Shown here piece after piece: positions 1-12,673 of a stretch of DNA of 64,000 nt. The first letter of the stretch is position 1, and every line of letters begins with the position of its first letter. The notes under the pieces were generated by a model. The model was not told where the DNA came from and made no database searches. It saw nothing but the letters and a program-made list of their open reading frames with translations. Position numbers and translations under genes: made by a program. This stretch comes from Octopus sinensis (Eukaryota). The stretch is taken from contig NC_042999.1 in assembly GCF_006345805.1 (NCBI RefSeq), forward strand, positions 125,798,001 through 125,862,000. The letters are read 5' to 3'.

Positions 1-82
1 ATATTAAAAGAAAATATTCCAACGGCCGTTTCTAGAAAATATTCCAATGGCTGTCTGGGTAAAAATAAATCTTAAAATTCAT

Positions 83-107
83 TTTCGGAGAATGTCTCCT
101 TCATCAG
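83..107 (-). ncRNA. Partial hammerhead-ribozyme-like core (Penelope-type repeat end)
   Basis: Minus strand reads CTGATGA-A-GGAGA-CAT-TCTCC-GAAA: both conserved core boxes plus stem II. Stems I and III are not convincingly formed. Confidence 0.4.
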
Positions 108-1720
108 GGGAAAAGTGATATTGACGGTAGATATGCATTCAGTGCAATGCCAAAGTATGAGGTAATTGCATGCTTTTATAGAAGAATAGATATAACTATG
201 CAAATAACGGGAATCTTTATGAGGGCTAATGGAGGTAAAAATTACATTATGTACTGAATTTATTGAAATTTATATTCAGCAATATACTGTTATGTGCAAC
301 AGGGTGTTAAGTTTTGCAATGGAAATTACTAAGGCTATTATTGAGTACATTCAGAGTCTCATGAAAGTACAATAGTATCTGTGATTATATGATTAAATAG
401 CATTGGAAAACTTATTTAATATACTAGACATAAGTTTCATGAACTACAAAATTTATCTGTTTATCTGTCCATTACATTTTTATGTTCGTTAACTCCTCCT
501 AGACTGTTGTAGCAAGGACAACGAAACTGAGACCAGCAACTCCCCTAATTCCAGGGTATGTCTTAAGGAGAGGGAGGGTCTATTTTTTTAAGGGCCACCT
601 AATTGGGGCCTCACTGATCCCCCTATTTTTACTGCATTTTAAACTAAATACATGGCATTGACGATCAAATCAGAGCAATGACAATGAATTTCATACCATG
701 AACTCCCAGGGAGTATCGTAAGGAGGTTCAATTTCTGAAGGGCCACTTATACATACACACGTACATGTGTGTGTACATGTTACTGTCATGATAGTTGTAA
801 ATATCACCATCAAACAAATGGAGTCCTTTGATTCCTAATCATCTATGATAACATGTCTCATTGTGGGGGAACATTACCTTGCTTTCACTGATAGGAAGGG
901 TGTCTGGCTTTAGAAAGTTTGCCTCAACCAATTCCATCTGACCCATGCAAGCATGGAAAAGTAGATGTTAAATGATGGTGACAATATGCTGATAGCTATA
1001 TCAGTGTGGAATGGCATAATCAATGCATCAAATGAAAAATACCTTGTAAAAGAATGTAATCAAGACAGAATCAAACATCCCATCTAGATGAACTTTGCTT
1101 TCAGTTCTATGAGGCTGATAAAATAAGTACCCGAGATTATAATTGAAAAATCCTGAAGGTGGTGTTGAAGTATGATTACAAACCAATGACTGGAATCAGT
1201 GAAAAAATGAAAGAATTCAGTACAGTGCTTGTGATTTCAATCCCAATCAAAATATGTCCCCAGAAAATGGAGGTGTCAATTGAAATAATGGATTAAAAAT
1301 AAAATCAAATATAGGATAAGATGAACTTAACAGTATCCTGAATAAATTTTATTATTCTATCTCTATATCTTAAAAAAATAAAGAATTCTTGCTTCTCTGT
1401 ATTAATAAGTAATGAAGTATGTTGATATATTGATACATTTTGATGTATTTATCTTCTTTTTTCTTTTTATCTAAAGGATTTTTGTTCTGGAAGATTTTTT
1501 ACTTGTTGAGGATTTCATCTCTGTGATGTATCCACAAATGGATAATGAACAGAAGTAAGTGAATATTCTGAAATTTAATACACTATTATGGTGTGTGTGT
1601 GTGTGTGTGTGTGTGTGTGCATGCCTTGTTGGCATGTATTTTTGTGTGTAAGCATACATGCATGTCCACATGTTTGTATGCTTAACTTCAGAATCTTTGG
1701 CCAAAATACTTTGTTGTGTT

Positions 1721-1860
1721 GCAGGCGTAGCTGTGTGGTTAAGAAGTTTGCTTCCCAACCACATGGTTCCAGGTTCAGGGCAAATGTTTTCTACTATACC
1801 CCTGGGTCAGCCCAAGTCTTGTGAGTGGATTTGGTTGATGGAAACTGAAAGAGGCCTGTT
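1721..1860 (+). mobile_element. tRNA-derived SINE, family A (CORE-like body), 5' fragment
   Basis: Head gcgtagctgtgtggttaagaagtttgcttcccaaccacatggttccaggttca and body gtgagtggatttggttgatggaaactgaaagag are shared with many copies in the window. Confidence 0.8.
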
Positions 1861-2302
1861 GTGTGCGTGCGCTAAACATTGCAACAGTTGTATTCTTCTC
1901 TCTTTATCAAATTGCTTTGTAAGGTGCTCTTGTTCATATCCCATTTTCTCTTCCATTATCCATTTCTTCTGTCTCATTCCATTCGATAGTGCTCAAAATC
2001 ATAACAGTGGGAATCCTCACACATTAATATATGTTTTGTAGTTCATAAACATCCCATAAACTTAGCTGCTACAGCTTCTTTTCCTCTTCACTAACAGTTA
2101 CTTTGTTATTTTTAGTTGTCTGTAATATTTTCTTGTCGCTTTTGAACATACCCCATATAAATAAGATAGGCTGAAGGAGGGTAGACTTTTAAATTTCTGA
2201 TCTTTGTTTATGCTTAATATACTTTCAGCCCAGGTTGGAACCCAGCCAGAATATTGAATAATATACTTTTGTTTCTTATACTTTGTTCTTATAGATATCT
2301 AG

Positions 2303-2523
2303 CCCTTTAGCATTCAGATTACCTTGTTAAATATAATGCTTATTTATTCACATTGTTTTGAATTAATCATACATTATCTTGTAACTTTGTGATTTCAATG
2401 ATGTGATGGTATATTTTTAAAATGACATTGTAAGGTAGATGTGAGAGACTATATCTGACAAGTTTGAGCATGAAACAGGTAGATTGTTTGGGTTGGATAT
2501 GGCATATTTTAAATGCTAAAAGG
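2303..2523 (+). mobile_element. piggyBac-like MITE (~220 bp)
   Basis: Termini ccctttagcattcagatt...tttaaatgctaaaagg. Same family recurs at 11419, 26334 and 45846, where TTAA flanks are visible. Confidence 0.7.
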
Positions 2524-2560
2524 TATATTGTATTCTCTCTAACCTGTTTTCTATCTTTAG

Positions 2561-2744
2561 GCTTTTGGTTTTGGATGTAATGGCAAACCAGCTACAAAGA
2601 CCATGTGAAGAAAACAAGGATTTTCAGGATTATTCTCCTCAAATTTGTGAATCTAATCTTTTGTATTTGGCTAAAGATTTTAAAGAAATGTCCAATATTC
2701 TGCTGTCTTTAGGGGATTCTGATACTGTTGATGGTAAAGAAATG
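2561..2744 (+). CDS. ATXN10: Ataxin-10 internal coding exon (equivalent to human exon 7 by recalled structure)
   Basis: Acceptor tttctatctttAG at 2559-2560, donor GTaaat at 2745. 184 nt, phase 2 to phase 0. Encodes (R)LLVLDVMANQLQRPCEENKDFQDYSPQICESNLLYLAKDFKEMSNILLSLGDSDTVDGKEM, aligning by eye to human RVTLLDLM...AELIASTFVDQCKTVLKLASEEPPDDEE. In frame with the next exon. Confidence 0.85.
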
Positions 2745-5343
2745 GTAAATATGAATTCCTATATGCTTATTGCTCCCTGTAAAGCTAAGTCTAAATAGGT
2801 ATGCATTTCTTAACTCAGTTAAAATTACTTATATTGTATATACAGATGTCCATTAGGAAACTGATCTATATGATAATTTTATAGTTATGACTATTGTCTA
2901 TATTTTACAAGTATAATACAACATGTTGTTCTTATTTTATATGAATAAGTTTTTCTTAAAATGAGAGTTGGAATTAGAATTTAGTTGTAGACTTCTTCCA
3001 GAGGACAGATGTTATATCATAGTAGAAATACAGTTTTAGGCTTATTTGGTGTGTAATTGAAAGTTGTTAAATATGATACTGAAAAGTAAAAATTGCAAAC
3101 AAATATGACTGTAGAAAGATAAAAAAGAATATTTATGAATTTACAGGTGAGAAATTTGAAGAAATAAGATGTCTGATGTTACAAAATAGAAATAATTCTA
3201 TAGTTTTAGAAAGGTATAGTTATAGAGTAATATTGAAAACATTCAGATATTTTTTGTTTATTTTATTTGATTTCTTTTTACATGTTTGGTTGGGAGGAAG
3301 AGACTGTGTCTGTGATTTTTGTAGGCCTTTCAGAATCAGTGTAATTGATCCTTTAATGTTTCTCTTGAACATATGCAAGTCAGCACTTAAAATTCTAGAA
3401 GGTCAATGTTCTGCGAAGGATAGACTAAATATGATATGAAGGTCCTAGGATATTGGTTATAACAAAGATGATGAAAGGAGGAGAGATGAGGGGGCAGGAA
3501 TTCCTGAGGGGAAGTGTATGAGCCCAACTAGCTCTAAGGAGCTGAGGCCACTATAGAATAGTAGAAATGGCAGAGAGAAAATATAGTGCACTTTTAAGCC
3601 AGAGAGTGGAGCATGACTGAGTGATTTTATGCCAGTCACTCAGGTGTGTCATTGTTGGATGTGATGCAGCAGCAACATCACTGTTTCAAACGTGAGAGTA
3701 ATACTTCATTGTGGGCCTTGCATGAGTTTTATAGTATCAATAATTATTGGGTACTGAAGAGAAGGGCCAATCATTAGGATGCTTGAACTGTAGTTAAATA
3801 CTGCTCATGACTAAGAGTGTGTTTTGTTGCTTTTGAATGAGACAAGGTTGGCATATTCTTATTAGAGGTTATTATTGCAAAAATTAGATTATTGTAAATA
3901 GAAAAATCTCTAGAAACATTTCAAGAAACTAGTATGAAGAAAGAAGTTTAACCTCACCAGTTTTACTTTCACAATAAAGAAATATAATTTTGTTTACTCT
4001 AGTTTAAAGCAGAAATATTTGTTCTATCATTTAAAAAAATTATGAGATTTAGATAATTATATATTCTATTCAAAACAACAGTTGTTATGAATGTCAGATT
4101 TTGTGTTATCATAGAGGTTAACTTAAAAAGATGCTGATTTCCAGAATATCATTTTACTCAGTATGTTTTAGATGCAAATTTAGCTGTTATGATGATGTGT
4201 TGGATAAAGGTTGTTAAAATCCCTCGTGCTAAGAAGTTTAACTGGAAAGGTTCTGTTTAAGTATATAGAATTGCTGAAATATGTTCAGGTAAATAAAGTA
4301 GAATGAGATAAGATTTTAACACCTATTCCAATATGGAGCATCTGATTTTAATATGTTGATTGGCTGTAAATTATTTAAGGATATTACAGCCTTGAAATAT
4401 GAGTGGAATACTAAATCTAAGAGTATAGTTTTACTTTAACACTTAATATTCATGAGAAATTTTATTTAGTAATGTAATAATAATAAATTTATTGTTTAGC
4501 TTGGGAGCATTTGCTATTGCAATTTATGTTAAAGTTGATTAATATATGGACAGGAGAAAAGGGAATATTAATATAAAGGTACTATAAATCTTGTGGACCA
4601 CACATGAAGTTTGTTTACATTTTTTTCATATTAGAAAAAAGGAAATAATAATATCCAATTTTTATCATATATTAAGTTGTTTTTAATAACCTTTATTGAA
4701 AATTTTTCTCAAGGAGGGTACCAGAATACAGACCCTCTTGTAAAAATAGTCTAAAATATGGTATATGTTTCTCTCTAATAATTTGCTGACAGAAAGCATT
4801 TAACAGAGCATTTCTATATTTAAATATGGGTTCAATTTATGCAGATGAAGAGGAGGCTTAAATAATCTGGTGGTAAAGAACTATACTAAATAGTTTATTG
4901 CTATACTTTATTACAGAATATATCTATAAATTTTAGCCAACACAGTATATAATAGACATGTAATTGTCTTGTCTTTATCTATATATATATAAAGATGAGA
5001 ATGTGTGTGTCTATCTGTGTGAATCCCTAAAACTCAAGAACTGCACAACTAATTTCATTCAAATTTTACACATGCCTTACTTTGGGTCCATGCAGTATCA
5101 TGGGCCCAAAAAATTTTCATCTTCCTGCCTATTGCGAGCCCAGAGCAATCTCTTATCATTTACACTATTTCAGTATTACGTGTCAAAAGTGAAACGATAA
5201 CATCTTTCTATTGTAATGTGAGATACTTTCAGTTTAATACTTTCACTATTAATACCAAAACTATTAAAGTGAACCTATTATTTCACATATATCTCACATA
5301 TATACATACATACATTATATATATGTATACATTTGTACATATG

Positions 5344-5405
<62 letters not shown>

Positions 5406-6803
5406 GATGTATATGTATGGTATGCATGTATATGTATAGATGTATATGTGCATATATATATATTATATAAAAGTCAATGTCTTTATGTGTGTTCGTGTGT
5501 TACTTATAGACTTGAATACTACTGCACCGATCCTAATGAAATATGGAACACAAAATCCAAGCCTAAGGAGAAGGGAATGCCATATGTTTCATGCGATTTC
5601 ATGGACCAAAATTACTGACTGAATTCTTATGATATTTGGAACTTAGATTCAATGCATATGGGCAGGTATAATGCAGTATGTTTGGTTTGAATTTGAGGTT
5701 GCTTCAAGGGGGCAGAACACCCCATGAAAATTCATAAATTTTCAATGTTCATGAAATTTCAACCATAGGTAACTGACACACATCAAGAAGTATTCCCAAA
5801 GTTTCCGTTTCTCATGTGGATTCTAAAACCCCCTAATGGGGGCCTTAACTCCCAAATTTTAGTAATTTTTTATAATCTCAAACTAGGTTAAAAGTACTGA
5901 ATGGATCTTTATGAAATTTGGAAATTATATTCTATGCATAAGGACAGATGTAATGCAGTATATGTTTGACAGTGAGTGGGTATAAATGAGGCCATAACCC
6001 CCATGAAAATTCTTATATTTTTGCTGTTGATAAAATTTTAACCATAGATATTAGACACAAATGAAGTAATATTCCTAACATTTCTACTTCTTAGGAGTTA
6101 GTAAGACCCCCTGATGGGGGCTTAACCTCCACAATTTAGCTATTTTTCCTAAGCCAAGATGAATACAATTGTAGTCTTGGAGGCTGTAGAGGCACCCGAA
6201 CATACAAGATGAGTGTTATTTGTAATTCAGTGTAAGAGTTTCCTTTGAGATATACTTAGATTGTGATTCCTGCAATTTGGTGCATAAATTGTCAAGTAAA
6301 GGAGAGGCGTCTTTGCTTCCACTGATTAGTTGCAAAGTGTTATTTTGAGTAAAGTTATTTGGTTGCAGACTTCTTTTGAGTCTTTTTATTATCACTGGGT
6401 TAGAGATAGTCCCCAGATGGTCACATTGATTTCAAATCCTTTCCAGATAAGTGATCGGTCATTCAAAGAGATTTATAGATTGCAAATTTATTCTCTTCAG
6501 TTTTATAGTGATCATTGGCAAACTCCAGAAGTAACACTTTCATTTCCCCTTAGCTCTCACATCACACAGTTGTTAATGTTTGAGTTGGGTCACACCCTTC
6601 CATTTGTTATAAATCCGTAATGCATTTTATGGCTGTGCCGGTCACCTGTTTGGTGACTGGCACAGCTGTAATCCTATATTGGGGAATGGTAACGATTAGG
6701 ATAGGGTAGCTGACTGTTTATCGTGATCATTCGTCTTTTGGTTTCCTGTAGCTTTGGTCTCTTTTACAAACCCAGTGAACATTCATGAACAATAGATATA
6801 AGA

Positions 6804-7290
6804 CATCATCATCATCATCATCATTTAACGTCCGCTTTCCATGCTAGCATGGGTTGGACGGTTCAACTGGGGTGCCCGAAGGCTGCACCAGGCCAGTCAG
6901 ATCTGGCAGTGTTTCTACAGCTGGATGCCCTTCCTAACGCCAACCACTCCGAGAGTGTAGTGGGTGATTTTATGTGCCACCGACACAGGTGCCAGACGAG
7001 GCTGGCGAACGGCCACGCTCGGATGGTGTTTTTATGTGCCACCGACACAGGTGCCAGACGAGGCTGGCGAACGGCCACGCTCGGATGGTGTTTTTATGTG
7101 CCACCGACACAGGTGCCAGACGAGGCTGGCGAACGGCCACGCTCGGATGGTGTTTTTATGTACCACCGACACAGGTGCCAGACAAGGCTAGCAGATGACC
7201 ACGCTCGGATGGTGTTTTTTATGTGCCACCGACACAGGAGCCAGATGAGGCTGGCGATCGGCCACGATCGGATGGTGATTGTTACGTGCT
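6804..7290 (-). mobile_element. RTE-type 3'-tail repeat (SINE or LINE 3' end) with internal 62-bp minisatellite
   Basis: (CAT)n tail followed by ttaacgtccgctttccatgctagcatgggttggacgg...ggatgcccttcctaacgccaaccac. Related fragments near 860-990, 12270-12390, 13900-14120, 20130-20240 and 20600-20760. Confidence 0.75.
6971..7281. repeat. 62-bp GC-rich tandem repeat, about 5 copies
   Basis: Unit tatgtgccaccgacacaggtgccagacgaggctggcgaacggccacgctcggatggtgtttt starts at 6971, 7033, 7095, 7157 and 7220. Confidence 0.95.
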
Positions 7291-8797
7291 CACAGCCCAA
7301 GTTAAAAAAGATTCCCAACAATTCAACTTTCTGGTTGACTTTAAGAACCCCCCACCTCCAATAGGGGCCTTAACTCACACATTTTAGAGCTCCATGTGCT
7401 CCATTTTTCAGGAGCAAAAACCTTTGAATAGGTTTTATAAGATTTGGATTTTGGAATCTGGGCATAAAGATGAGTAGTATGAGATAAATATGCCATGATT
7501 AGAATTTTTGCTAGGGTGTGTAAAGAAGGAAAGAACCCCCATTAAAACTCTTAATCTTCAATTTTGATGAAATTCAAATCATAGGTATTCCAGTTTATTA
7601 GAGAAAATACAAAAGAAAAGTTTAATTCTTCAATTCCATGTGACACAGGCAATGCCAGGTATCTCTGCTAGTATACAATAAATATCATTGAGGATAGCAA
7701 AAGGAGAAATCATCTATCTTAATCTTGTGTTGGAATTTCATCAGCAGCTGAGTATTCTCTTTAATTGTCTATTGTAACATTACATATAAGTCGTTTTTAA
7801 CTAAAAGCTTAAGTAAATCTGATAGATTGATTCACATGTATAATGTATTCTTGGTAACTAGTTCAATTAATAGATGGGTGGTTGTTAAGTGTTTTGTTCA
7901 TGTTGTATTACAAGGATACTGTGTATAAAAATAAGGTGTTTACATCTCTTTACATACAATGTTGTTAAATCTATAAATATATTCTGTGGTACAGTATAGC
8001 ATTAAACAAAACATTCTTAACACAGGGTTGAAAGATAAGGTGTATATATATGTCTATTCACAGTGGTAGCTAAAATTAATAGATATATTCTCGAGTACAG
8101 TAAAGTATTGACACAAAACACTTAACACCAGTACTTTATATTTTAGATATTTTGTACTCAGTTTAGTGCCTTATTAGTCTAAGATTCCATCTTGTTGGTG
8201 TTTCATTTATCAAAATTCAGTACCAATTAGCACAAAACAGTATCTCTTAGAAAAGCTTATATTTTTTTATATTCAAGTTAGTATATATAATTTCTTTTCT
8301 TAGAATGTCATTGCTGACTGTTAAGATTTCCTAAGATATAAAGTATAAGTTTATAACTTTATCAATACAACATCTTCAATAGAATTATAATATAACACTT
8401 AAGTGAGATAACTTTAAAATGAGGATAGCAATGAATACAGTGTTTTAGAATACATTATATACCAATTAAACTTGTCTTTTGTTTCTTTTAATGCTTTTAT
8501 CTTTAATTATTATTTCTACATAATGTCTTACATGTTTTTATATATTCAAAAGACAGATCGAGCATTTTCCCATCTTATTTTAGCTTGCTTGCTTGCTTAT
8601 ATTCTCATTTAAGCCCAATTACATTTTTTGATAAAGTTCCCTAAACTTTTTTTTCTATTGACTCCAAATATTTCCTATCATTTAAAATAAAATAAAGATG
8701 GTTTCAGAGTTTAATAAGTTTAAGTTAATTAATTAGTTTAATTAATATATGCTATTTAGGTAATTATTAAATAATATTTTAGATGAATTTGAAGAAA

Positions 8798-8968
8798 GAG
8801 GCATGGCTGTGTGGTAAGTAGCTTGCTTTTGAACCACATGGTTCCGGGTTCAGTCCCACTGCATGGCACCTTGAGCAAGTGTCTTCTGCTATGGTCTTGG
8901 ACCGACCAAAGCGTTGTGAGTGGATTTGGATGATGGAAACTGAAAGAAGCCTGTCATATATATGTATG

Positions 8969-9024
<56 letters not shown>

Positions 9025-9228
9025 TGTGTGTCTGTGTTTGTCCCCCCACCCCAACATCGCTTGACAAATGATGCTGGTGTGTTTACGTCCCCGTAACTTA
9101 GTGGTTCAGCAAAAGAGACCGATAGAATAAGTACTAGGCTTACAAAGAATAAATCCTGGGGTCGATTTGCTCGACTAAAGGCAGTGCTCCAGCATGGCCA
9201 CAGTTACATGACTGAAACAAGTAAAGAG
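8798..9228 (+). mobile_element. tRNA-derived SINE family A, full length with internal (TA)n
   Basis: A-box-like tgtggtaag, B-box-like ggttcagtcc, CORE-like ccttgagcaagtgtcttc, central TA microsatellite, 3' gactgaaacaagtaaagag. Confidence 0.9.
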
Positions 9229-10246
9229 TTTTAATAGCCAGCCTTTACTTATAAATACTGATGCTAATTATTCAAATAATTCTATTAAACAGTTATTGTA
9301 ACAGAAAGATACATCCTTCCAACAACTGCTTGGAAGTTGATTTGCTAGTAAATAGTGCTTAATATTAGTAGAGCTCTGAATTCATAAATTACTGATATGA
9401 TTTACACAATAGTTATTAGAAATGTAATATTTTAAATAGCTTGTTATTTTCATCATGTCAAAATAGAAGAGAAACAGAATTGTATAAAGAATTTTGGAGA
9501 ATTTCTAATTTCAGTGATGGCAAGAGTCTTAAGTAAGAGGGTTTAAAGAGAGTTAAAGTCTGGGTTCATAGGTCTGCTAGAAATACAAACATGTTTGTAT
9601 TTAACTCATCCAAGTTCAAAGTAACAAATGTTGAGCGATGATTGTGATGAGGGTTATTTGGTGCATACAAAAATAGATAAAATCACAAGTTATAATTGAG
9701 TTTAATTTCACAGGTCTACCTGGTTTATGAAGTGGAAGTGAACAAATTGTAAAAGAGAGTTCTCTTTAACACTAGAAGTTTCTCACTCATTTTGTTATAG
9801 GTTAGATAAGTAAGAGCAGCGTTCATAAACTTAAGAGATTTTGTCAAACTAGTGATATTGATGCAAATAGTAACCAACTCTATCCTCATCAGTTGATGTC
9901 TGGGAGAAATGTGACCTGAAAGGTTTGCTAGGAGGTCTGATCCAAATGCTTGAAACGAAGTGAACATTGCAAAAAGCATCCAAGGATCAGATTGTGGTGG
10001 TTTTAAGCTGGATGTCATGTTTGGCTTACCATGCAAATCCCACAGTATTTCTAGCTTCAGATATTTCCTTTCAGTACAGTGTTCTTTTCTGTTGTCTAAA
10101 TCTCTAAGGTTAATGAGATTATGTTGGTTTCTACACTTATGAAGGAGACATAAGCATAATTACTGTCAACTGACATAATATTGATTAACACTTGCAGAAA
10201 TGCAGTTTTGCTCTCCTTTCATATTTGTGTGTATATATTCTTTCAT

Positions 10247-10627
10247 TCTTTTACTTGTTTCAGTCATTTGACTGCAGCCATGCTGGAGCATTGCCTTTAG
10301 TCGAGCAAATCGACCCCAGAGCTTATTCTTTGTAAGTCTAGTACTTATTCTATCGGTCTCTTTTCCCAGACTGCTAAGTTATGGGGGCATAAACACACCA
10401 GCATTAGTTGTCAAGCGATGTTGGGGGGACAAACGCAGACACAAACATACACACACACACACACACACGCAATGGGTTTCTTCCAGTTTTCGTCTACCAA
10501 ATCCACTCACAAAGCTTTGGTTGGCTCGAGGCTATAGTAGAAGACACTTGGCCAAGGTGCCACGCAGTGGGACTGAACCCAGGACCATGTGGTTGGTAAG
10601 CAAGCCACTTACCACACGGCCACTCCT
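10247..10627 (-). mobile_element. tRNA-derived SINE family A, full length
   Basis: Reverse complement of the 8798-9228 copy, with an internal (CA)n. Confidence 0.9.
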
Positions 10628-11031
10628 GTTGGAAAGAGAGCAACTTAAAAGAAGAATTTTCGATACAGCTATAAACAATATAACAACCCATCTCCCCTCC
10701 TTCCCTAAAAGTCTAAAGTCTTATGCTTAGTGAAAACCAAAACAAGCAATACAAACAGCTCAAAGCATGGTTACTATCCTTCATAACAGTGCAGCTTTCT
10801 TATAGCAATGCAGCTGTTTTTCTTTTTTCACTGTTTGGCAGCAAATCGCAATCTGGCAACACTTAGCTATTTGGCAGCTTGAAGATATTCTTCAGCTTTC
10901 TGGCTTTGTGAAGGATCATTTTATAGAAATTGTAGATTTACTCTCCGGTTCCTTTCTGTCTTTCCCTTTAGGAAGAGGTGTCATTTGTTTTCTGCCACGA
11001 AGTCTATGCCTGTCACAATTGTTCCTTTCAG

Positions 11032-11143
11032 CAACCTTTTGTACTCCTAAAAGAACTGGAAGTTCTTTGCTGGGCTACATGCCAACATATTGGTTACCGT
11101 GCTTTAACGCAGGATGATACTGGACTACTTTCATGTGCCATTA
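11032..11143 (+). CDS. ATXN10: Ataxin-10 internal coding exon (human exon 8 equivalent)
   Basis: Acceptor ttcctttcAG (11030-11031), donor GTAAGT at 11144. 112 nt, phase 0 to 1. Encodes QPFVLLKELEVLCWATCQHIGYRALTQDDTGLLSCAI, matching human ALATIRLLDVLCEMT...QVFPGLLERVI. Not in the ORF track. Confidence 0.88.
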
Positions 11144-11418
11144 GTAAGTAATTTATTTTGTTTCTTTATATATGTTGTTTTGGACATTTGTGGAACCTAT
11201 TTGGTTTCTAAATACAGATGTTTAAATGGTGGACAATTAAACTTTGCTACATAGATTTATTTTTTAACTAACAGTTTAGTTGGTTAATTCAACCCTGAAA
11301 TATTACTGGTGTGCATTTTAATCACACCTGAGGGAAGAAAAACAGGATATGAAGTCTGATCAGTATGGTAAGAAATTGTCTTCTAAGCTCTAAACACTGC
11401 AGCTCTAAACGTTGGAGT

Positions 11419-11640
11419 TTAACCCTTTAGCATTCAAATTACTCTGTCAAATGTAATATATATTCACATTGTTTTGAATTAATCCTGCATTATCTCGTCA
11501 TTTTGAGATTTCAATGAAGCAATTGTTTATTTTTAGAATTACATTGTTGGGTAGATATGATAAGCCAGATCTGGTAAGTTTAAATATAGAATTGGGAGAA
11601 TCTTTGGGTTGAATGTAGCTGGTTTAAATCTTGAAGGTTT
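11419..11640 (+). mobile_element. piggyBac-like MITE
   Basis: TTAA|CCCTTTAGCATTC start; body matches 2303-2523. Confidence 0.7.
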
Positions 11641-11956
11641 GATACAAACTTGTCTTTTAGCTATTATCAGTTGCTATTAAAGACATTGAAAATGAGTTAG
11701 CACCATGATAAAGCTTATTTTTAGATTGATAACCATTTACAAAATTCAAAATAGAAGTCAAGGAATAAGGGACAACCAGTTGGGTTACTTACTGAGTGTT
11801 TCTAGAGAAAATGTTGAAAATCTTGAATTCTTTGACCATATTTTCCTGCAAGTTGGTAAGTTTTCATGGTTGGTTCTGTTTTCTTAAAAACTGTATTGAT
11901 TGGAAAATGTTGGGTAAATAAGAGATCAAGAATGTGTGTGGTTGATTTGACTTTTA

Positions 11957-12190
11957 GCAGGCGTGGCTGTGTGGTTAAGAAGTTTACTTCCCAACTACAT
12001 GGTTTCAGGTTCAGTCCCACTGCATGGCATCATGGGCAAGTGTCTTCTGCTATAGCTCTGGACTGACCAAAGCCTTGTGAATAGATTTAGTTGTTTGAAA
12101 TTGAAAGAAACTTGCCATTGTTTGTGTGTGCATGTATGTTTTAGTGTCTCCTTGTATGGACATTGTGTTGTAAATGAGTGTCACCTTCAT
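11957..12190 (+). mobile_element. tRNA-derived SINE family A, 5' part
   Basis: gcaggcgtggctgtgtggttaagaagtttacttcccaactacatggtttcaggttcagtcccactgc head. Confidence 0.8.
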
Positions 12191-12673
12191 ATAAATGGTG
12201 TCCTTCATTTCCAATCTTCCATGAAAACATTCGGCCATAAGCAAATATTACCCTACTTAGAAACAGGTGAAGGTTGATGACAAGAAGTGCATCTGTTCAT
12301 AGAAAATTTACACCTCAACAGACTCTGTCTGACCCATGTGAGCATGGGGAAGTGAATGCTAAAACGATGATGATGATGATGATGTTGCTACTGTAGAGCA
12401 CAAATAAATAATTAAATACCATATGGAAGTTTTAAACACTGTAGATTTTACTGTTATCATATATAAATGAATAAATAAAATCATATAATGTCCGTTTTCC
12501 ATGCTGGCATGGGTTGGACCAAATATTATTTCATTGTTGCCAAATGATATTTTGTACAACCTGTGCTAATATGAAAAACAGACATTAAATAATATACGTG
12601 TGTGTGTGTGTATTTAGGGAAAATAAAGATATATTAAAATTCCTGAGTGTGTGTGTGTGTGTGTGTTTGGAGC

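Larger units (their letters stand above)
4978..7671 (+). mobile_element. Non-autonomous Helitron-like element with nested insertions
   Basis: 5' A^TCTATATATATAAAG at 4977/4978; 3' GC-rich subterminal motif aggcaatgccagg then CTAG^T at 7668-7672; internal ~280-bp modules. That both ends belong to one element is inferred. Confidence 0.6.

Noticed and set aside
280-375. Candidate upstream ATXN10 exon (QYTVMCNRVLSFAMEITKAIIEYIQSLMK)
   Set aside because: Wrong phase for the phase-2 acceptor at 2561 and no similarity to ATXN10; earlier exons probably lie before the window.
1471-2041. ORFs with HTHT/VCVC runs, and similar low-complexity ORFs across the window ([24 protein letters not shown])
   Set aside because: They are translations of microsatellites and SINEs, not genes.
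2734-2739. Alternative donor GTAAAG in the first ATXN10 exon
   Set aside because: Phase 1 would break the frame with the phase-0 acceptor at 11032; the 2745 donor fits.
6971-7281. CRISPR-like array
   Set aside because: Contiguous tandem units with no unique spacers, in eukaryotic DNA with no cas genes.
9725-10140. Minus-strand 103-aa ORF (extendable upstream)
   Set aside because: No confident family match. Faint resemblance to a LINE endonuclease only, and no consistent splice partners.
10137-10155. ATGAAGGAGACA motif (also ~18208) resembling the hammerhead at 83-107
   Set aside because: Lacks CTGATGA, the closing stem II strand and GAAA.
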